NCBI GenBank assembly: GCA_030692765.1
Contig: JAUYUB010000004.1
Location: 55,391 to 119,390, forward strand
Direction: 5' to 3'
DNA length: 64,000 nt
Source: Sulfuricurvum sp.
GTDB taxonomy: Bacteria > Campylobacterota > Campylobacteria > Campylobacterales > Sulfurimonadaceae
A program made the position numbers and the translations under genes. The first letter of the stretch is position 1; each line of letters begins with the position of its first letter. The notes under the pieces are model-generated. The model was not told where the DNA came from, searched no databases, and saw only the letters and a list, made by a program, of their open reading frames with translations. Shown in pieces: positions 50,651-59,864 of this stretch.

Positions 50651-51349
50651 ATGACTCAAGAAGAACTTGATGCACTGATGAATGAAGATATTGACATGGA
50701 CATGGAAGAGATGGCTGATGAAGCAGCAGCCGATACCATTGAAGAACACAGCGAAGAGCTATTTAACAGTATAGACGATCCTGATGGATACCGTGCTTCT
50801 GCCGTTCACAGTTGGCCCCCTCCACCTCCTACTGATGATAATAAAATGGTTCATCAACTCGATGATGTCACCAAAGAAAGCGAAGAAAAAGCGACAGAAA
50901 TTTTTGACCTTATTGAAGGAATCAGTAATGATCTGACAGATTCCCAAGACTCTGTTGAAGAAATCAATAGTGTTTTAGATGCCAATATTGCTCTTTTTGA
51001 AACATTGTGTACTAAATTTCCACATGTAGAAGCATTTCAAACGCAATTGGCACAAAACAAAGAAGCAAAAGACAAAAATGCTTCGTTAAAAGATATGATG
51101 GAAAGTAATATTGACACCGTCATGAACATTATGGACATCATGCAATATCAGGATATTCATCGTCAAAAAATTGAACGTGTCATCAATGTAATGCGTGCTC
51201 TATCTACGTATATGAATCACCTGTTCTCAAGTAAAGTCGATGACTCTAAACGTGTCACCTCTGCAGTTCACCTTCCAGGCGATACCACTGCGGATATTGT
51301 CAGCAGTGATGATATTGAAGCTTTGCTCGCTTCATTTGGCCAAAAATAG
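50651..51349 (+). CDS. cheZ: CheZ-like chemotaxis phosphatase (HP0170/Cj0700 type)
   Basis: LDDVTKESE...A helix, MQYQDIHRQKIERV (D-x3-Q), C-terminal DIEALLASFG; next to the U32 peptidase as in Helicobacter/Campylobacter. Confidence 0.8.
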   Translation: MTQEELDALMNEDIDMDMEEMADEAAADTIEEHSEELFNSIDDPDGYRASAVHSWPPPPPTDDNKMVHQLDDVTKESEEKATEIFDLIEGISNDLTDSQDSVEEINSVLDANIALFETLCTKFPHVEAFQTQLAQNKEAKDKNASLKDMMESNIDTVMNIMDIMQYQDIHRQKIERVINVMRALSTYMNHLFSSKVDDSKRVTSAVHLPGDTTADIVSSDDIEALLASFGQK

Positions 51350-51360
51350 TATATTTTTTG

Positions 51361-51424
51361 AAACGCCATTGGAACCCGTCCCAATTGGCTACGTTAACAC
51401 GTGGGGTTCCTTCGGCAGGAAGCC
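51361..51424 (-). repeat. Dispersed structured intergenic element, copy C
   Basis: AAACGCCATTGG-AACCCGTC-CCAATTGGCTACGTTAACAC...TTCCTTCGGCAGGAAGCC aligns with the reverse complement of copy A. Confidence 0.8.
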
Positions 51425-51527
51425 AAAATGCACTTGCATGCTTTTTATATAACCTTTAAATTTCATCTAACAAACACTTTTTTTCGCTAAAATTTCCTTA
51501 AAATTACATACGAATCGAGAATAGGCT

Positions 51528-52820
51528 TTGAAAAAAGTGGAACTCCTCTCCCCTGCGGGAAATTTAGAAAAACTCAAAATTGCTATCGATTACGGTGCAG
51601 ATGCCGTTTATGGCGGAGTAAGCCACTTTTCTTTGCGTATTCGATCGGGTAAAGAATTTGATCTGGAAAGCTTTAAAGAAGGGATAGACTACGCACATGA
51701 GCGCGGCCGAAAAGTGTACGTCACCATCAACGGTTTTCCGTTTAACTCTCAACTCAAACTCCTCAAAGAGCACATCGCTACGATGGCGTCACTGAACCCT
51801 GATGCGTTTATCGTTGCAACTCCCGGAGTTCTCAAACTCGCACATCAAATCGCTCCCCATATTCCCCTTCACCTCTCGACTCAAGCCAACGTCATGAACG
51901 TTCTAGACGCTCAAGTGTATTACGACATGGGGGCGCGCCGTATTATCGCGGCGCGCGAAATCTCTCTTAAAGATTTGACCATCATCAAAGAAGAACTCCC
52001 TGATTTGGAGCTCGAAGTATTTATCCACGGTTCAATGTGTTTCGCCTACAGCGGCCGATGTTTGATCTCGACACTCCAAAGCGGCCGTGTTCCTAATCGC
52101 GGAAGCTGTGCTAACGATTGCCGATTTCCCTATGAAATATTTGCGTCCAATCCTGAGACAGGAACCCTGTTCAAGCTCGTTGAAGAAGAAGGTCTAGGAA
52201 CGTATATCATGAATTCCAAAGACCTCAATCTGGCCAGCCATATGAAAGAAATTTTGGAAAGCGGCTGTATCGATTCGGTCAAAATTGAGGGACGCACCAA
52301 GTCTCCTTATTATGCCGCCATTACCGCAAAAACCTACCGCCGTGCCATCGATGATTTTTATGCGGGAAAATTTGACGGCGATGCGTATCAGCGCGAGCTC
52401 AATACAACGCAAAATCGCGGATTTACCGATGCCTACCTCATCAATCGCCCTTTTGAAAAGCATGATGGGCAAAACCTCGATTTTACCATGATGATGGGAA
52501 CCCATCAAGTTGCGGCGATCGTGGATGAAAGTTGTGAGTTTTTTGAATGCAAATACAAAACTTTTCCAGGTGATGTGATGGAGCTTGTCGTTCCGGAAGG
52601 TTCTGTATTAAATGCAATCGATAACGACATCGGAAGTGTTTTTTGCGATGAAGGACAATGGAATATCCGATTTAAACAGCTTATTGCCGAAAATGGAAAA
52701 ATTTGGGATCAAGTCCACAGCGGTAATCTAAACCGGTTTAAACTTCCGTGCATACTGCCTGCCTATACTTTTTTCCGTATCCCTGCCACTGAGGATATGG
52801 GGACGATTACTAAATCTTAA
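51528..52820 (+). CDS. U32 family peptidase (TrhP/PrtC-like tRNA hydroxylase)
   Basis: ELLSPAG, GADAVY, HGSMCFAYSGRC...C..DCR Fe-S motif, KIEGR. Confidence 0.93.
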   Translation: MKKVELLSPAGNLEKLKIAIDYGADAVYGGVSHFSLRIRSGKEFDLESFKEGIDYAHERGRKVYVTINGFPFNSQLKLLKEHIATMASLNPDAFIVATPGVLKLAHQIAPHIPLHLSTQANVMNVLDAQVYYDMGARRIIAAREISLKDLTIIKEELPDLELEVFIHGSMCFAYSGRCLISTLQSGRVPNRGSCANDCRFPYEIFASNPETGTLFKLVEEEGLGTYIMNSKDLNLASHMKEILESGCIDSVKIEGRTKSPYYAAITAKTYRRAIDDFYAGKFDGDAYQRELNTTQNRGFTDAYLINRPFEKHDGQNLDFTMMMGTHQVAAIVDESCEFFECKYKTFPGDVMELVVPEGSVLNAIDNDIGSVFCDEGQWNIRFKQLIAENGKIWDQVHSGNLNRFKLPCILPAYTFFRIPATEDMGTITKS

Positions 52821-52843
52821 ATTTAATCCAAGGGAACAAAAAT

Positions 52844-53338
52844 ATGAAATTCGTATCCATCATCATGGGAAGCAAAAGTGACTATGAGATTATGAAAATA
52901 TGTGCCAATATGCTTGAAGAGTTTGGAGTCCAGTATGAGCTCATCATCTCATCAGCCTACCGAAGCCCGGAACGCACCAGAGAGTATATTCTAAACGCGG
53001 AAGCCAAAGGAGCTCAAGTCTTTATCGCTGCGGCCGGCATGGCGGCTCATCTGGCAGGTGCCCTGGCTGCAAAAACGGTCAAACCGGTCATCGGTGTCCC
53101 GATGAAGGGAGGAGTGATGGATGGAATGGATGCGATGCTCAGTACCGTTCAAATGCCATCTGGAATGCCTGTTGCAACCGTTTCTCTTGGACATGCCGGA
53201 GCCGTTAATGCTGCGTATCTTGCCATGCAGATTTTAGCATTGGACAATGAAGAGCTACGGATGAAACTCCTCGAAGATCGAATTGCAAAAGCGAAAAAAA
53301 TAGAAATGGATTCAATGGAAGTTGAAACTATTTTATAA
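52844..53338 (+). CDS. purE: N5-CAIR mutase
   Basis: IIMGSKSD, AGMAAHLAG, PVIGVP, VQMPSGMPVAT. Note SAYRSPE where SAHR is usual. Confidence 0.95.
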   Translation: MKFVSIIMGSKSDYEIMKICANMLEEFGVQYELIISSAYRSPERTREYILNAEAKGAQVFIAAAGMAAHLAGALAAKTVKPVIGVPMKGGVMDGMDAMLSTVQMPSGMPVATVSLGHAGAVNAAYLAMQILALDNEELRMKLLEDRIAKAKKIEMDSMEVETIL

Positions 53339-53339
53339 G

Positions 53340-53356
53340 TAGGTACGCATTTTGCT
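53340..53356 (+). promoter_or_regulatory. Predicted sigma54 (-24/-12) promoter
   Basis: TAGG-TACGCATTTT-GCT gives GG-N10-GC in the gap after purE. Confidence 0.55.
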
Positions 53357-53371
53357 TTTAATAAATTATGT

Positions 53372-53444
53372 ATTTGCCCATTAGGGTAAGCTTTAGTGCC
53401 TTAGCGGCAAGCGTAGATAAAGGTATTTCATTCCTTTGTCGTTC
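53372..53444 (+). repeat. Dispersed structured intergenic element, copy D (divergent long form)
   Basis: GCGTA-GATAAAGG-TATTTCATT-CCTTTGTC-GTT has the same layout as copy A; AGGGTA...GTGCC..GCGGC is shared with copy B. Confidence 0.6.
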
Positions 53445-53470
53445 TAAATAACTATAGAAGGGTATTAACG

Positions 53471-53947
53471 ATGCACGAACATTGGATGAGCATTTATGAG
53501 TATGCCGAAATGACCCATATGGATGTTGAAGCGGTAAAAGCTTTGATTGTTCGCGGCAAACTCACAACATTTGTTGAAGAGGGTGTTGTTCTCATCGATC
53601 CTTCACAAAGTATGGGAGAGATTGTACCTGCAACGCTCGGTGAACTTAGTGCATCGCAAGCTGACATCACTATGGGTGCGAGCTTCGTTGAAAAAACCAT
53701 CGGCACTATCATCAACCTTCATGAAAAGGTCCTCTTTGCCAAAGAAGAGACGATCGAATCGATTAAAAATGAAAATCTCTTTTTAAAAGAAGCGCTTTCT
53801 TCTTTGCAAGAACTCTACGACGAAGACCGTAAGACGATCGATACACTCACGACACAACTCAAACTTTCCCAGCAAGAAGTCGAATTTATGCGTCGTAAAT
53901 ACAAACTCATGTGGGGAAAAACAGTCGAAGAACACGCCGCACAATGA
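53471..53947 (+). CDS. DUF3972/Cj0703-like coiled-coil protein with an N-terminal HTH-like segment
   Basis: FVEKTIGTIINLHEKV...KEETI, QQEVEFMRRKYKLMWGK; purE-X-glyQ synteny as in Campylobacter. Confidence 0.75.
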   Translation: MHEHWMSIYEYAEMTHMDVEAVKALIVRGKLTTFVEEGVVLIDPSQSMGEIVPATLGELSASQADITMGASFVEKTIGTIINLHEKVLFAKEETIESIKNENLFLKEALSSLQELYDEDRKTIDTLTTQLKLSQQEVEFMRRKYKLMWGKTVEEHAAQ

Positions 53948-54801
53948 CCATCGAGAATGAATGCATCGCCTGTATTATCGGGCAAAGTAAACGTGTTTCC
54001 GAGGCCATTGGTGCAAGTGAAGCGCTCTCCCTTGCTTTAGTTTCCTACATAGAGACTTCCCTTGAAAATCCTGATTTCACTCTTTCTCCTCCTGTTATTG
54101 CAGCACCTTTGTATGAAGAAATGGCACGAAAAGCCGGAAAAATCGATCTCTATGATGAGCAAAAAGCACATGCTGTTGTTCAAGCAAATCTTTACATGCC
54201 ATTTTTACGAGACACTATTGAAAAAAGTAACGATCCCTTTATGGCTTTGCTCAAAACAGCCGTTGTCGGCAATGTGATCGATTTGGCCGCGGAAGTAACC
54301 TTCGATCTTCATGGAGCTATCACTTCTGTGTTTGATACCCCTTTTGCCCATGATGATACAAATAGACTGCAAGAACAACTCAATGATGCCAAAAGCCTGC
54401 TTTATATCGGTGACAACACGGGAGAGCACATTTTTGATGCTTTGGCGATTACACATCTCAAACTTCTTTATCCCCAACTCGAAATTTTTTACCTGGTACG
54501 CGGAAATTTCATCATCAATGATGTGACTATGAAAGAGGCACAAGAAGCTAATATGGATCAGCTCTGCACCCTCATCGACAGCGGTGTCAATACCCCCGGA
54601 TTTGTCTATGAACGAGCTACACAAGAAGCAAAAGATCTTTTTAACACTGCTGATCTCATTATCGCCAAAGGGATGGGAAATTATGAATGTCTAACCCCAA
54701 TTATGCGTAAAAACATCTGTTTTTTACTCAAAGTAAAATGTTCCGTCGTTTCCCGCTCACTGGGACATGAAATAGGTTCTATTGTCTGTAAGATAGACTA
54801 A
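53944..54801 (+). CDS. ARMT1/DUF89 damage-control phosphatase
   Basis: [31 protein letters not shown]. Confidence 0.9.
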   Translation: MTIENECIACIIGQSKRVSEAIGASEALSLALVSYIETSLENPDFTLSPPVIAAPLYEEMARKAGKIDLYDEQKAHAVVQANLYMPFLRDTIEKSNDPFMALLKTAVVGNVIDLAAEVTFDLHGAITSVFDTPFAHDDTNRLQEQLNDAKSLLYIGDNTGEHIFDALAITHLKLLYPQLEIFYLVRGNFIINDVTMKEAQEANMDQLCTLIDSGVNTPGFVYERATQEAKDLFNTADLIIAKGMGNYECLTPIMRKNICFLLKVKCSVVSRSLGHEIGSIVCKID

Positions 54802-54836
54802 GTTATACTTCCACTACTATTTTACGGAGACTTTTT

Positions 54837-55718
54837 ATGATTACATTCGGTGATATGCTTTTAAAACTTCAACAATTTTGGGCGGATCAGGGCTGTGCGA
54901 TTGTTCAGCCTTATGACATTCCTGCGGGTGCTGGGACTTTTCATCCTGCTACTTTTTTGCGCTCTCTGGACTCACAACCATGGTCGGTTGCCTATGTCGC
55001 GCCCAGCCGACGTCCTACTGATGGACGATATGGCGAAAATCCAAACCGCCTTGGGAGCTACTATCAATTTCAAGCCCTGATCAAACCTAGTCCTGAAAAT
55101 ATTCAGGAGCTCTACCTCAAAAGTCTCGAATATCTGGGACTCAATCTCAAAGATCATGATATCCGTTTTGTCGAAGACAACTGGGAATCTCCAACATTGG
55201 GAGCCTGGGGTCTGGGTTGGGAAGTATGGCTCAATGGTATGGAAGTGACACAGTTTACCTATTTTCAACAAGTAGGAGGGATCGCGTGTGATCCGGTTGC
55301 GGTTGAAATCACCTATGGGACTGAGCGTTTGGCGATGTATCTCCAAGGGGTCGATACGGTGTTTGACATCATATGGAGCGAAAACCAATATGGTAAGACT
55401 TTGTACCGTGATATCCATAAAGAAGGCGAGATACAGTTTAGCAAATACAATTTCGAAATTGCCGATACGGCGATGCTGTTCGCCGAATTTGAAGCAAAAG
55501 CTCACGAGTGCAAAAAGTGCTTGGAAGCCGAACTGCCACTGCCAGCGTATGATCTGTGCATGATGGCATCGCATACGTTTAATACCCTCGATGCGCGCAA
55601 AGCGATCTCTGTAACCGAACGTGCCAACTACATCCTCAAAATCAGGGAACTTTCCAAAGGGTGTGCGGAACTGTATAAATCCCAAGAAGCCGATAGAATT
55701 TTACGCGTTAAAGCGTAG
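54837..55718 (+). CDS. glyQ: Glycine--tRNA ligase alpha subunit
   Basis: [36 protein letters not shown]. Confidence 0.98.
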   Translation: MITFGDMLLKLQQFWADQGCAIVQPYDIPAGAGTFHPATFLRSLDSQPWSVAYVAPSRRPTDGRYGENPNRLGSYYQFQALIKPSPENIQELYLKSLEYLGLNLKDHDIRFVEDNWESPTLGAWGLGWEVWLNGMEVTQFTYFQQVGGIACDPVAVEITYGTERLAMYLQGVDTVFDIIWSENQYGKTLYRDIHKEGEIQFSKYNFEIADTAMLFAEFEAKAHECKKCLEAELPLPAYDLCMMASHTFNTLDARKAISVTERANYILKIRELSKGCAELYKSQEADRILRVKA

Positions 55719-55775
55719 TTTGGCATTTTGACCCTCCAAATACTTCCTCTTTTCTGATTGTGCTACAATCGTACC

Positions 55776-58007
55776 ATGCAAACACTCATCGGACAAATCG
55801 ATAAAATCATCTACGAAAACAGTGGCTTTTTCATCGCCGCACTCAAAAGCGGTGAAAAAATCAGTGCCCACTATTATGAGAGTGAAGTCGAAAACCTCCT
55901 CAATGCCGCCATCACCCTCAAGGGTGAATGGGAAGTGCATAAAAACTACGGCAAAACCTTCAAAGCCGAATCCCTGCTGGTCAACCAAAACGAACTTTTT
56001 TTCTTCCTCAACCGTGTAGTAAAAGGCTTTACCAAAAAACTGACCGCTGAGCTCATTGAAAAATACGGTCAAGAGGGACTCATCGAGATTTTGGAAAACG
56101 ACATAGAGCGTCTGATGGAGATCAAGGGAATGAATGCCAAACGTCTCGAAAAACTCTCAAGCGGGTGGAAACAGTTTCGCTCCATGCGTCTGCTAGGTGA
56201 ATTTCTAGCCCCTTACGGCGTTACCCCTACACTCCTGCGATTGATCGCCACAGCGATGAAGGGGGTTGCCGAACCCATCGACGTCATCAAGAAAAATCCC
56301 TACGGTCTCATGTCCATCAACGGTATCGGTTTTAAAAAAGCGGATGAAATCGCTCACCAAATGGGAATTTCCCATCACGATGAACGCCGTATTCAAGCTG
56401 CAATGGAATACACACTAAGCGAATATTGCGATGCTGAGGGAAACAGCTGTATTACCCAAGACATTCTTTACAATAAACTCGATTTACTTTTGGAACTTAA
56501 CGACGAAGAGATCTACGGTCATGCCCTCGAAGACCGAATCCGTGAAGACAAGATCATGCTGCTTCCAAGCGGAAGACTCTCCCCCTCACGTCTATATGAA
56601 GCCGAAAAAGTACTTTTTGATCAGTTTGTTCGTCGCGGAAAAACAAAAGGGGAAACGATATGTAAAGATTTGGAGAGCTTTTTAACACAGCATTCTCTCA
56701 CTCTGGGTGATCAGCAGCGCATGGCGCTCGAGCAGATCAATGCAGGAGTAGGCTTGCTGTTTCTCATCGGATACGCGGGTACGGGGAAAAGTACGACTGC
56801 CAAAGCACTGCTCGATCTCTTGGCGCTTAAAATGGATCCCTCACTCATCATGACCTGCGCCCTCAGCGGCATCGCCTCACAGCGCATCCGTGAGCGCAGC
56901 GGGTATGACGGAGGGACTATTCAAAGCTTACTTGTCAAATTCGAGTCCCAAGACACCATGCCCTACAAAGTGGTACTCATCGATGAAGCCTCCATGATCA
57001 ACTCCACTCTCTTTGCAAGACTCATGGTCAAGATTCCTGCCGATGCCGTTGTCATCATCGTGGGAGATGACGCACAACTTCCCCCTATCGGTGCGGGCAA
57101 CCCTCTCACTGATGCCATTGCTCTCCAACTTGCTCCCACCGTCATGCTCACCCAAATCTACCGCCAGCGTGCTGAACAAGCCATTGCCCTCATTGCCAAC
57201 GATGTACGGCAGGGTATTATTCCTCCCTATCAAGAGCACTACGAAGATTTTACCTTTATCGGGGTCGATATTTCCAATCGCCATGCGCTCAAACGCTCTC
57301 TTAGTGCCATGGAATTTGATGAGGCCATCAAAACCAATGCCCATAATATTCTAGCTTCTATCGCACAGATAACACTTGAACATCTACCTTCTTCACGAGC
57401 GAAGCTCGCCGATAAAAAAATACGTGAATATCTCACAGCGTTTCAGGTGATCTCTCCCATGCGAGGGCATGCATTGGGAGTCGATAATCTCAATACCCTG
57501 CTGCAAGAGTATTTTAATCCTAATCCCAAAAAGAGAGTCAAAACCCATAAAGGGGAATATCGACTGTTAGATAAAGTCGTCCATACCAAAAATGAAAATA
57601 TGCCCTCCTATACCACCGAACAGTTCAAAGAAGGTGGTGACCCAAGTGAGCGCCGAATATTTAATGGGATGTGCGGTCTTATTTTCAGGCTCGATGAAGA
57701 CGAAGAACTCTGCCATGTCTTTTACCCCAATGAAGAGATCGTCGTGCAGTATAAATACGACGAGATCAATCATCTGCTGAGTTTATCGTATGCGCTGAGT
57801 GTTCACAAAGTACAGGGGATGGAATACGATACTGTTGTCATGGTGATGAGTTTTTCCCACCTCATCATGCTCAATACCAAACTTCTATACACCGCTATCA
57901 CCCGTGCAAAGGGACATTGTTACATCGTCGGTGAATCCGGAGCTTTTGAAGCGTCATGCAGACGGTTGGAACACACCAATCGCCACACGGTGATGCAAGA
58001 ACTGTAA
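55776..58007 (+). CDS. recD2: RecD2-like SF1B DNA helicase
   Basis: N-terminal OB/HhH region (GIGFKKAD), GYAGTGKST, DEASM, GDDAQL, VHKVQGMEY, YTAITRA. Confidence 0.9.
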   Translation: MQTLIGQIDKIIYENSGFFIAALKSGEKISAHYYESEVENLLNAAITLKGEWEVHKNYGKTFKAESLLVNQNELFFFLNRVVKGFTKKLTAELIEKYGQEGLIEILENDIERLMEIKGMNAKRLEKLSSGWKQFRSMRLLGEFLAPYGVTPTLLRLIATAMKGVAEPIDVIKKNPYGLMSINGIGFKKADEIAHQMGISHHDERRIQAAMEYTLSEYCDAEGNSCITQDILYNKLDLLLELNDEEIYGHALEDRIREDKIMLLPSGRLSPSRLYEAEKVLFDQFVRRGKTKGETICKDLESFLTQHSLTLGDQQRMALEQINAGVGLLFLIGYAGTGKSTTAKALLDLLALKMDPSLIMTCALSGIASQRIRERSGYDGGTIQSLLVKFESQDTMPYKVVLIDEASMINSTLFARLMVKIPADAVVIIVGDDAQLPPIGAGNPLTDAIALQLAPTVMLTQIYRQRAEQAIALIANDVRQGIIPPYQEHYEDFTFIGVDISNRHALKRSLSAMEFDEAIKTNAHNILASIAQITLEHLPSSRAKLADKKIREYLTAFQVISPMRGHALGVDNLNTLLQEYFNPNPKKRVKTHKGEYRLLDKVVHTKNENMPSYTTEQFKEGGDPSERRIFNGMCGLIFRLDEDEELCHVFYPNEEIVVQYKYDEINHLLSLSYALSVHKVQGMEYDTVVMVMSFSHLIMLNTKLLYTAITRAKGHCYIVGESGAFEASCRRLEHTNRHTVMQEL

Positions 58008-58069
58008 CCGTAATGTGACAAGATTTTGCTACAATATAACATTAAAAAAACCATTTCAAAGGAATCTTC

Positions 58070-59083
58070 ATGAAAGTATTTGTTTTATCCGCTCTTGTAG
58101 CCGCTTCCCTCATGGCAGGAACACTGCAAACTGATGCAAAAAAAGCAGGTTTAAAACCAATTCCCGCTTCTGTGGCAGCATTAAACAAACTCACTTCCAA
58201 TCCAAAAAATCCGACAACAGCTGCTAAAGTTGAATTGGGGAAAATGCTTTATATGGACCCGCGTCTTTCAAAAAGCGGTTTAATCAGTTGTAACAGCTGT
58301 CATAACGTAGGATTGGGCGGAAGTGACGGTATGAGTTCTGCAGTTGGACATAAATGGACGTTAAACCCACATGGCTTGAGTTCACCGACCGTTTACAATG
58401 CCGTCTTTTACAGCCAGCAATTTTGGGATGGACGCTCACCTCACCTAGAGGATCAAGCACAAGGACCTATTCAAGCAGGTCCAGAGATGGCAGCCCCTAA
58501 AGAGCATGTTACTGCTGTTGTAAACTCTATTCCTCAATACGTAGCAATGTTCCAAAAAGCATACGGCAAAGACGTAAAAATCACATTTGAAAAAGTTGCC
58601 GATACCATCGCTGTTTTTGAGCGTACCTTGGTTACCCCATCACGTTATGACGACTTCCTTAACGGAAACAAAAATGCACTGACTACTCCTGAGAAAAAAG
58701 GGCTTAAAACCTTTATTGACAAAGGGTGTGCTACGTGTCACAATGACATAGCATTGGGTGGAACGATGCAGGCATTTAACGTAACCGGTCAATACAAACA
58801 CATGAATGTTGGTGATTTCAAAGGGGATAAAAATGGTATGGTCCGTGTTCCAACATTGCGTAATATTACCAAAACCTCTCCGTATTTCCATAATGGTCAA
58901 ATCGCAACTCTTGGCGAAGCGATCAAAGAGATGGGCCGTATCCAGCTTGGAGCTACTTTGAATGACGACGAGACAGCCTCTATTGAGACTTTCCTAAAAG
59001 CACTTGATGGACGTATGCCAAACATCACTTATCCGATGTTCCCTACTTCAAACGCAACTACTCCTAAAGTAGACGTGAACTAA
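58070..59083 (+). CDS. Diheme cytochrome c peroxidase
   Basis: CNSCH and CATCH, FWDGR, RVPTLRN, PYFHNG; signal peptide. Confidence 0.93.
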   Translation: MKVFVLSALVAASLMAGTLQTDAKKAGLKPIPASVAALNKLTSNPKNPTTAAKVELGKMLYMDPRLSKSGLISCNSCHNVGLGGSDGMSSAVGHKWTLNPHGLSSPTVYNAVFYSQQFWDGRSPHLEDQAQGPIQAGPEMAAPKEHVTAVVNSIPQYVAMFQKAYGKDVKITFEKVADTIAVFERTLVTPSRYDDFLNGNKNALTTPEKKGLKTFIDKGCATCHNDIALGGTMQAFNVTGQYKHMNVGDFKGDKNGMVRVPTLRNITKTSPYFHNGQIATLGEAIKEMGRIQLGATLNDDETASIETFLKALDGRMPNITYPMFPTSNATTPKVDVN

Positions 59084-59090
59084 TCAATCT

Positions 59091-59110
59091 GATTCCCCCC
59101 TGGGGAAATC
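59091..59110. terminator. Hairpin between the convergent peroxidase and L,D-transpeptidase genes
   Basis: GATTCCCC-CCT-GGGGAAATC. Confidence 0.55.
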
Positions 59111-59789
59111 ACTCACATGCTATTCCCATAAACTCTTTTTGATATTCTTCACACGCACTTTTTGGTATTTGCAATAATTTCGGTTTTTTATCTGGATTAA
59201 ACCAGCGGATAAGCTTCAATAACGGCTCTTCTTCCATCGCAGTACATCCCGCTGTTGGACGCTTATTGGGATGATTGAGATGAAAAAAAATACACGAACC
59301 CCTACCGCTTACGCCCTCACGGTTATAATCGATCACCACACCGTTGCGGTACACTGCATCGTTACGACGCATTTGCTCGAAACTCTTTGGAGGATTTTTT
59401 TGGTCTAACCGTCCCATTGTATTGTAGTGAGTATCATTGACGTCATCTATGCAAATAAGATACTCATCTGCGTACCAATACGGCAATGTAGAATTAGCCG
59501 TAGGATCTTCACCAAACGTGGAAGTAATGTCAAAAATACCAGCAGGGCTCCTACCATCGCCCTCTCTCTTCAAGGGCTCACGGCCTTGATCCCAACCCAA
59601 TCCGCTTCGTCCCAATATGACAGAGACAGGCACAGAAATAGCCCTGTATATGCCACTTTCTTTCTCGTACCGCGTCATCATCCCTGATGCAGCATTCATA
59701 TCAGGTGACAATACCACTACGAGTTGCTGTGATCCGAACAACATAGGGGGAAGAAATATTAAAAAAATCAATAACCTAAATTTTGACAT
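59109..59789 (-). CDS. L,D-transpeptidase (YkuD family)
   Basis: REGDGRSPAG, GSCIFFH...PTAGC catalytic His/Cys. Confidence 0.88.
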   Translation of the reverse strand: MSKFRLLIFLIFLPPMLFGSQQLVVVLSPDMNAASGMMTRYEKESGIYRAISVPVSVILGRSGLGWDQGREPLKREGDGRSPAGIFDITSTFGEDPTANSTLPYWYADEYLICIDDVNDTHYNTMGRLDQKNPPKSFEQMRRNDAVYRNGVVIDYNREGVSGRGSCIFFHLNHPNKRPTAGCTAMEEEPLLKLIRWFNPDKKPKLLQIPKSACEEYQKEFMGIACE

Positions 59790-59864
59790 AAAATGAATCA
59801 CCTTAGTTTATTTTAAAGTGATGTAGTATAGCATAATGAAAAATTCGGCACAGAAGGAGAAAGT

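Noticed and set aside
54972-55685. 237-aa ORF antisense to glyQ
   Set aside because: It is fully nested opposite a highly conserved gene, has no motifs, and is explained by codon bias
55701-57773. Several antisense or alternate-frame ORFs over recD2
   Set aside because: They are shadow ORFs with no recognisable domains or RBS
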